Below the pieces are notes generated by a model that did no database searches, was not told the DNA's origin, and saw only the letters and a program-made list of their open reading frames with translations. A stretch of DNA of 27,298 nucleotides from Tubiluchus corallicola (lineage: Eukaryota > Animalia > Priapulida), in assembly GCA_030141605.1 (NCBI GenBank), contig JAQGDQ010001738.1, forward strand, positions 1 through 27,298, written 5' to 3'. Below are positions 20,113 to 27,298 of this stretch, piece by piece. The position numbers were made by a program, and so were the translations under genes. Each line of letters starts with the position of its first letter. The stretch's first letter is position 1.

Positions 20113-20650
20113 ATTATTATTATTATTATTATTATCATCATCACATTCAGTACAATATTAAGCACACAGTGACATCAAAATTATTACATCTACTATATTA
20201 AATTGTTATGTTTCATACACTATCGTTATCATAAAAGAATAATTGTACTGCAGTGGGCTAGAGAAGCAAAGGCTTGTATAAGCCCACTGTCATGTGAACA
20301 ACTTATGCATCACAAGTACATTGACAAGTACATTAATACAAGAAAATTATGATATAATTCTTAAATTCTGTGCTAGAGACCTAAGAAGCAAGCTTATATG
20401 TTAGGTCGCTAGAATTAGTAATGAGAAAAATAATAACAACCGATTATTAATAGGTAGTGTTAGTTACAGTGGGTGTTAGTAATATTTCATAATTACAATG
20501 TAATGATGTATGGTACATAGATGTTTTAACAAATTCGCTAAGCATTTGTGGAAGAGGCAGCTTATCTCTATACCATGGCATTAAAGGCAGTAATAAATGT
20601 ACTTTGGCTTAAAGACCAAATCTGATTACGTTTGTCACCATTTTAATAGA
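20113..20650 (-). mobile_element. Decayed CR1/L2-like LINE 3' end(s)
   Basis: (TAA)n tail at about 20113-20134, 3' stem-loops at 20251-20289 and 20373-20412, degenerate TNVIRFGL motif on the minus strand near 20610-20635. Confidence 0.45.
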
Positions 20651-20814
20651 ATGTTTTTTGTATAATTTCTACAATTTACATTTTGAACTTTCTTCATCGC
20701 CAAGTTTGCTCAAAACTGTTGCTAATTTAAACTTTTATGAAATTTTTTCAAAGGAAATGTTTTGATTTACTACTGATATTTGGTTTTTTATACAGAGATT
20801 CTTCTAACTGAATA

Positions 20815-21159
20815 CAGTCAACCCTCGTTAAACCGGACTAATTGGGGGTGGGGGGTGGTCCGGTTTAGCCGATTGTCCAATTTATCCCATATGCCTGTAT
20901 ATGGTCTATATTATACAGGAATAATCACCTTAATAAGGCCTATATACATTGCACTATATACATTGCACTATATACTATACTGTATATTACTTTAAAATAG
21001 TTAACCTGTGAGGATAAAGAAATTATTGTACAGTTGGCAGGCCGTGTCGTGTTTAGTGTTCCGGCTCGGATGGAAATTGGTCAATTTCCTTTACCACGGA
21101 TGACGTCCGTCTTATCCGACATCCGGGCTAACGGGGTCCGGTTTAACGAGGGTCGATTG
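20815..21159. mobile_element. pogo/Tigger-like MITE
   Basis: TA|CAGTCAACCCTCGTTAAACCGGAC...GTCCGGTTTAACGAGGGTCGATTG|TA (22 of 24 match). Confidence 0.85.
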
Positions 21160-21191
21160 TATTTTGCTGTATGTATTATATTTTTTTACAG

Positions 21192-21320
21192 ATCAAAACG
21201 AATGTATGCTAAGCATGGATGACTGCGATAGCGACAGTACGGAATGCGTGAACACCAGAGGGGGCTTTGCTTGTACCTGTCTAACGGGATATTCACCTGT
21301 CAACAGAACTCACTGTCAAG
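21192..21320 (+). CDS. Exon E11: cbEGF (DQNECMLSMDDCDSDSTECVNTRGGFACTCLTGYSPVNRTHCQ)
   Basis: tttacag acceptor, G|gtact donor, 129 nt, phase 1-1. Confidence 0.93.
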
Positions 21321-21331
21321 GTACTACTGTG

Positions 21332-21373
21332 CAGGGGCAGAACTAGGAGGGGGCGAAGGGGGGCGCCCCCCTG
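21332..21373. mobile_element. 42-bp hAT-like relic with 8-bp TSD
   Basis: CTACTGTG|CAGGGG...CCCCTG|CTACTGTG. Confidence 0.7.
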
Positions 21374-21494
21374 CTACTGTGGGAGGAAAAGTGCAAATTT
21401 GTTTTGAAATTTTTTCACTACCGAGTGTTTTGTTGCTCATTTTCAGGCTTGTCTTCGCTCTCAAGGTTCTGACTTATTGATTTTTAATAGTTTT

Positions 21495-22311
21495 GGGCGA
21501 GTTGCGGACTTTGTATTTAAGCAGGTAGGTTTTTTACCTTCACTGTAGAGGGCGAGTTGCGGACTTTGTATTTAAGCAGGTAGGTTTTTTACCTTCACTG
21601 TAGAGGGCGAGTTGCGGACTTTGTATTTAAGCAGGTAGGTTTTTTACCTTCACTGTAGAGGGCGAGTTGCGGACTTTGTATTTAAGCAGGTAGGTTTTTT
21701 ACCTTCACTGTAGAGGGCGAGTTGCGGACTTTGTATTTAAGCAGGTAGGTTTTTTACCTTCACTGTAGAGGGCGAGTTGCAGACTTTGTATTTAAGCGGG
21801 TAGGTTTTTTACCTTCACTGTAGAGGGCGAGTTGCGGACTTTGTATTTAAGCAGGTAGGTTTTTTACCTTCACTGTAGAGGGCGAGTTGCGGACTTTGTA
21901 TTTAAGAGGGTAGGTTTTTTACCTTCACTGTAGAGGGTGAGTTGCGGACTTTGTATTTAAGCAGGTAGGTTTTTTACCTTCACTGTAGAGGGCGAGTTGC
22001 GGACTTTGTATTTAAGCAGGTAGGTTTTTTACCTTCACTGTAGAGGGCGAGTTGCGGACTTTGTATTTAAGAGGGTATGTTTTTTACCTTCACTGTAGAG
22101 GGTGAGTTGCGGACTTTGTATTTAAGCAGGTAGGTTTTTTACCTTCACTGTAGAGGGCGAGTTGCGGACTTTGTATTTAAGCAGGTAGGTTTTTTACCTT
22201 CACTGTAGAGGGCGAGTTGTGGACTTTGTATTTAAGAGGATAGGTTTTTTACCTTCACTGTAGAGGGCGAGTTGCGGACTTTGTATTTAAGAGGGTATGT
22301 TTTTTACCTTC
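21495..22311. repeat. 55-bp minisatellite, about 15 copies
   Basis: GGGCGAGTTGCGGACTTTGTATTTAAGCAGGTAGGTTTTTTACCTTCACTGTAGA, with some 54-bp variants. Confidence 0.98.
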
Positions 22312-22396
22312 GGCCTGTACAACAAAAAGGACTTGTACTTAACATTTAGTTTTTATTTTTATCGTGCATCTTAGCTGCTTCTGTTGTTTTACAATA

Positions 22397-22802
22397 CACT
22401 CATATCTCGGTTTGCCGGACCAAACCGGGGAGACGTCGGTCCGAATTTACCGATTGTCCGTATTTACCAATACTAAGCTAATACAGTAGGCACCATGTAT
22501 TAGACTCACGATGATGTAGAATCAATCGTATAATTGTCTCAAAAATATCTAGTGCGGGCTGCTTCCATCGGCAATTGACTCAAATAATTCCGCATAATTG
22601 ACTCTATATTTTTACATTATAGAGAAATACACATGGTTCTACTGATGTAATGATATTTACAAAGTGACAGCCCGCCAACTAGCGGTCAGCTCGTGAAACA
22701 ACGGACTGTGTCCGTAGTACGCGGGACTTTTTACCGGTCCACATTTTGTCTGATTCTTCCGATATCCATAAAAGCGAGGTCCGGCAAATCGAGATATGAT
22801 TG
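22397..22802. mobile_element. pogo/Tigger-like MITE
   Basis: TA|CACTCATATCTCGGTTTGCCGGACC...GGTCCGGCAAATCGAGATATGATTG|TA (23 of 25 match). Confidence 0.85.
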
Positions 22803-22890
22803 TACATTAGCCACCGCTTATTAAAACCAGGGTCAATTTTAAGCCAATTAGGCAGATTTATTATTATAAGCCCCCCACACCATGAGCGGC

Positions 22891-23347
22891 CCGACGTCAG
22901 TCACATCAGGTGACAGAAGTTTTTCAAAGATAAAACTGGCTAAAACATTAACTTATGGTACACTGTCTCAGAAGAGAGACTATATAATTTAGCGATGCTA
23001 TCTGTAGAAAATGAAATTGCAATGACATTGATTTTGAAAGATTTCTCGGATAGAAAAGCCAAAAAAGTCTGTTGTGAAAGTCATGTTTAAACTTGTAAAG
23101 TGTTTATTAAACTACATACACATGAGTAGAAAGTAAATCAGGAAGTATATATAGGTATAGGTAAGCTATGCAGGCTTGTACAGGCTTCACAAAACCATTA
23201 CTTTAAATTAGGGAGAGATCCAGTGATTATGCATTCACTGGACCGTGCAATTATACTGGTGGTAAGCAGCTGGTATAGTAAAAGGATTAGTTCATAGATG
23301 GCAGCACCTAAAAAATGTACAATTACAACTTCAACATCTGTTTTTAG
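22891..23347 (+). pseudogene. hAT transposase C-terminal dimerization-domain remnant, split by a solo LTR
   Basis: PTSVTSGDRSFSKIKLAKT...TLSQKR/ YNLAMLSVENEIA...DFSDRKAKKVCF* resembles the hAT ERSFSKLKLIK...SQERL..LA.LS.E motif; frameshifted. Confidence 0.75.
23073..23336 (-). mobile_element. Solo LTR (copy 2), 5-bp TSD TCTGT
   Basis: TGT...ACA termini, TCTGT at 23068-23072 and 23337-23341, minus-strand AATAAA about 30 nt from the end. Confidence 0.85.
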
Positions 23348-23585
23348 GAGGCCTGTGCACAAATAGTGTGTCAGTAATTATCTTGACTTGTTGTTAAATA
23401 TTAAAAAAACTTTCATGTGGGATCTAAATATTTAGTATGTCATTGTAGCTAATGGTGGAGCCACAAGTAGTCTTCTCTTTTCGACTGAGACTGGCAAACT
23501 ACATGAAGCACAAAACTTTAAACTCCAGCTTTTGTAGGGTATATAAATCATTCTTTATCATTAAATGAAATTGTTTTTGTTCTAG

Positions 23586-23714
23586 ACGTAAACGAGTGCA
23601 CAAATGATATGAATGATTGTCACGAAGAAGCGGAGTGTTTGAACAATGTGGGCAGTTACACTTGTCAATGCAATCGTCGAGGATTCATTGGAAACGGAGT
23701 TGCAACTTGCAGCG
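23586..23714 (+). CDS. Exon E12: cbEGF ([43 protein letters not shown])
   Basis: ttctag acceptor, G|gtagg donor, 129 nt, phase 1-1. Confidence 0.94.
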
Positions 23715-23839
23715 GTAGGTACTTGAGAACACGTTGAAACTTGAGCTTGAAATTTGTAACAAAACGAATATAATGTGGGAGGATTGTGGCATTTCTTTAG
23801 CAATTTAATTTTTTCTATTTTTTCTATTTCAAGGGTAAT

Positions 23840-24237
23840 TGTGAAAGTCATGTTTGAAGTTGATGTTCACTCACTTTGTTATGATTGAGTTTAGGCACAG
23901 AAGTATGAATAGCAATAAAAAATCTATAATACATATTTGCACTGCACACAACAAAAAAGTGTTTATTAAAACTTACAGAACACTGAGAGAGAGACACTAG
24001 AAAAGCAAAAACAGTCAGTAAAACCTGATTCACAGCCAGTATACAGGTATAGAACTTGACCTACGCAGACTTGCACGGGCTTCACAACAATCATTAATTT
24101 TAAATAGGGAGAGGACCAGTGTGTATGCATTTACTGGAGCATACAGTTATACTGAGGATAAGTCAGTTGGTAGAATGTAACAGGAGTAGCCCATAGATGG
24201 CAGCACCTAATTATAATGTACAATTCCAACTTCTACA
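23840..24237 (-). mobile_element. Solo LTR (copy 3), 5-bp TSD GTAAT
   Basis: TGTGAAAGTCATGTTT...CTTCTACA, GTAAT at 23835-23839 and 24238-24242; homologous to 23073-23336. Confidence 0.85.
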
Positions 24238-24288
24238 GTAATGAATGTTCTTAAACCCTGTTATTCACTTGCATGGTATTTCTATGTA

Positions 24289-24688
24289 CAGTCAGTCCTC
24301 GCTTAACGACGCTAATGCATTCCAATAAAATTCGACGTTAAACGAAGCCAAGACCTCCATAGAAAGTAATGTAAAAGAATTGAGATACATTCCAGAGACA
24401 AAAATCAATGCTGCTTAAATCACGTAACGTAAACGTTTTATGTATTTTATTCATATTTCTACTGATTATTTTTTTCTGCTTGCGTGAAACCACGTATATA
24501 ACTTGCTTAACATTACCTAGCTATAGTGGTTTCTCTTTCGTTGCATTCAAGCCTGCGCAGTGCTTAAACAGTAAATACAGCAAAGTCAAAGCCACGCCCT
24601 GGGCCGGTCCTGTTAGGATACAGCGATTAATTAAGTTGTGTAAAGTCGAGCATTCGTAAGTTGCATGGGTCATAAGCGCAACTACCTG
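24289..24688. mobile_element. pogo/Tigger-like MITE (right end triplicated)
   Basis: TA|CAGTCAGTCCTCGCTTAACGAC at the left; GTCATAAGCGCAACTACCTG|TA at the right (imperfect TIR). Confidence 0.55.
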
Positions 24689-24977
24689 TATCAGCCACTA
24701 GAGGTCTCTGTAGTCTTCCAGCTGGTCCTGTTAGGATACAGCGATTAATTAAGTTGTGTAAAGTAGCGCATTCATAAGTTGCACGGGTCGTAAGCACAAC
24801 TACCCGTATCAGCCACTAGAGGTCTCTGTAGTCTTCCGGCCGGCCCTGTTAGAATACAGCGATTACTTAAGTTGTGTAAAGTCGAGCATTTGTAAGTTGC
24901 ATGGGTCGTAAGCACAACTATCTGTATCAGCCACTAGAGGTCTCTGTAGTCTTCCGGCTGGTCCTGTAGAATACAGC
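24603..24977. repeat. 118-bp tandem repeat, about 3.2 copies
   Basis: Units start at 24603, 24721, 24839 and 24957. Confidence 0.95.
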
Positions 24978-25016
24978 TATTAGTTTTGATTATGAAAACG
25001 TTTGATATTTTTGCAG

Positions 25017-25145
25017 ATCAAAACGAATGCGTGAGAGGACTGGATAATTGTGACGAAGAAACAACAGATTGCAGAAACAATGAAGGCAGCTTCAGTTGCA
25101 GGTGCCAGTCTGGCCACAGCACCGTAAACAGGACCCATTGTGAAG
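25017..25145 (+). CDS. Exon E13: cbEGF (DQNECVRGLDNCDEETTDCRNNEGSFSCRCQSGHSTVNRTHCE)
   Basis: tttgcag acceptor, G|gttcg donor, 129 nt, phase 1-1. Confidence 0.92.
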
Positions 25146-25748
25146 GTTCGCTTGTTCGTTCTCACCTTTTTCTTATTAGGCTAAGAAAACCACAGATTTT
25201 TTGGCTGCTAAGTTAAGCATTGACGAGTTCGTTTAGTAAATTGACAGGTGACGAGCAGTTTTACCTGACCTGCGGGTCCTTTGTTTTGTTAACGTTAGGA
25301 TTATACTCGAGAATAGTCTTGCCACAACCGTTAATATAATAAATAGGCCTCTTTGAGTTTTTATAAAAATGTATTTTTACACAATGTTAGTGTGTGTATC
25401 AACGTAGTTGAATAAGCCTAGTTTGTTTATATTAAGTGGAACAACAAAAAATTCTTGCCTGTGAGAATTCATGCAGCTCAAGTGAAACATGTGAAGATCT
25501 GACTTGTCATATTTATTATTGATTTGACAAATGAAAATGTTAATTTATATTAAAAATGTAAGCTCACAGTTTTATTTAATAACGATTTTAATAACCTTTT
25601 TCTTTTAAATAATAATTTTAAAGTGCTTCCTAATTTTTGATTATTTATAATTTTATTGTCAAGATTATCATTAATGTACAAAGCCTCAATTAATTAAATT
25701 TTGATACCAAACTCTAAAGACTAGAAAGGTGAAAAGTTGCAAATACAG

Positions 25749-25794
25749 TCTGGATTTGAACCACGTGCCTTCGGATTACTAGACCGCGTCCCGA
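25749..25794 (-). mobile_element. tRNA-derived SINE head fragment
   Basis: Rev-comp GCGGTCTAGTAATCCGAAGGCACGTGGTTCAAATCCAG: anticodon-arm-like segment and B box GGTTCAAATCC; no A box or acceptor stem. Confidence 0.45.
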
Positions 25795-25924
25795 TGAATA
25801 TGGCAGTCCAAAGTTCATCCTGTATAGGTGGTCAACCATTTCAGCATTTCTAACGTCATACCTCTCGCACTAGAGATCCTTTCCATTTGTTTTAACTTTC
25901 TAAATCATCTGTATAAAATTTCAG

Positions 25925-26053
25925 ACATTAACGAATGCTCTGAGGACAATGGCGGCTGTGACGTTGACACGACTGCGTGCGTGAACACGATCGGTGCGTT
26001 CCGCTGTGACTGCCTGAGTGGGTTCAACAGGGACACACTTACTCAGTGCGCAG
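25925..26053 (+). CDS. Exon E14: cbEGF ([43 protein letters not shown])
   Basis: tttcag acceptor, G|gtatg donor, 129 nt, phase 1-1. Confidence 0.94.
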
Positions 26054-26134
26054 GTATGTGACAATTATCGGTTCAAATGAAACATTTTAAGAGAAAGCAG
26101 AAATCTTTTTTTAATTTGCAGTGGAAACTAAATT

Positions 26135-27298
26135 CCAGTTCAACATCGTTATAGCAAATTACAGTGCAACATCATTATAACAAATCACAGTGCAACATCA
26201 TTATAGCAAATCACAGTGCAACATCGTTATAGCAAATTACAGTGCAACATCGTTATAGCAAATTACAGTGCAACATCGTTATAGCAAATCACAGTGCAAC
26301 ATCGTTATAGCAAATCACAGTGCAACATCGTTATAGCAAATCACAGTGCAACATCGTTATAGCAAATTACAGTGCAACATCGATAACGCAGTGCAACATC
26401 ATTATAGCAAATCACAGTGCAACATCGTTATAGCAAATCACAGTGCAACATCGTTATAGCAAATCACAGTGCAACATCGTTATAGCAAATCACAGTGCAA
26501 CATCGTTATAGCAAATCACAGTGCAACATCGTTATAGCAAATCACAGTGCAACATCGTTATAGCAAATCACAGTGCAACATCGTTATAGCAAATCACAGT
26601 GCAACATCGTTATAGCAAATCACAGTGCAACATCGTTATAGCAAATCACAGTGCAACATCGTTATAGCAAATCACAGTGCAACATCGTTATAGCAAATCA
26701 CAGTGCAACATCGTTATAGCAAATCACAGTGCAACATCGTTATAGCAAATCACAGTGCAACATCGTTATAGCAAATCACAGTGCAACATCGTTATAGCAA
26801 ATCACAGTGCAACATCGTTATAGCAAATTACAGTGCAACATCGTTATAGCAAATTACAGTGCAACATCGTTATAGCAAATTACAGTGCAACATCGTTATA
26901 GCAAATCACATTGCAACATCATTATAGCAAATCACAGTGCAACATCATTATAGCAAATTACAGTGCAACATCATTATAGCAAATCACAGTGCAACATCTT
27001 TATAGCAAATCACAGTGCAACATCATTATAGCAAATCACAGTGCAACATCATTATAGCAAATCACAGTGCAACATCATTATAGCAAATCACAGTGCAACA
27101 TCATTATAGCAAATCACAGTGCAACATCGTTATAGCAAATCACAGTGCAACATCGTTATAGCAAATCACAGTGCAACATCGTTATAGCAAATTACAGTGC
27201 AACATCGTTATAGCAAATTACAGTGCAACATCGTTATAGCAAATTACAGTGCAACATCGTTATAGCAAATCACATTGCAACATCATTATAGCAAATCA
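26135..27298. repeat. 26-bp satellite (CAGTGCAACATCGTTATAGCAAATCA), over 40 copies, runs off the window
   Basis: Direct 26-bp periodicity with G/A and C/T variants in blocks. Confidence 0.98.

Noticed and set aside
23582-23851. 89-aa minus-strand ORF (and similar ORF 24980-25165)
   Set aside because: Antisense shadows of EGF exons E12 and E13
25749-25794. tRNA-Thr(AGT) gene
   Set aside because: Only a B box and partial anticodon arm; no D arm or acceptor stem
10827-27298. Short-unit arrays (20, 26 and 55 bp) as CRISPR arrays
   Set aside because: Units are head-to-tail with no unique spacers, there are no cas genes, and the context is a spliceosomal-intron gene

Overview
AT-rich animal (invertebrate-like) genomic DNA, entirely inside one + strand gene. 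I find 14 short GT-AG exons (245-26053), all phase 1-1, each encoding one calcium-binding EGF module (D-x-D/N-E-C...C...C-x-N-x-x-G-S/G-F/Y-x-C-x-C...C). Spliced together they give about 587 codons of a fibrillin/fibulin-like cbEGF-array protein. Neither the start nor the stop codon is in the window, and I cannot name the gene. The introns hold many decayed mobile elements: Kolobok-, piggyBac-, pogo/Tc1-, hAT- and Harbinger-type non-autonomous elements, solo LTRs with 5-bp TSDs, an internally deleted RTE and LINE tails. They also hold tandem repeats with units of 20, 26, 42, 55, 62, 118, 131 and 143 bp. The most unusual items are: (1) a near full-length 5S rRNA copy with no terminator, fused to a GC-rich coding-like body inside Tc1/mariner TIRs; (2) repeated tandem amplification of exon ends together with their splice donors; (3) a CAGGG-ended element with a 6-bp TSD; (4) a five-element nest; (5) an A/B higher-order pattern among the EGF exons. 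There are no prokaryotic features or CRISPR arrays. All family assignments were made by eye, without database searches.
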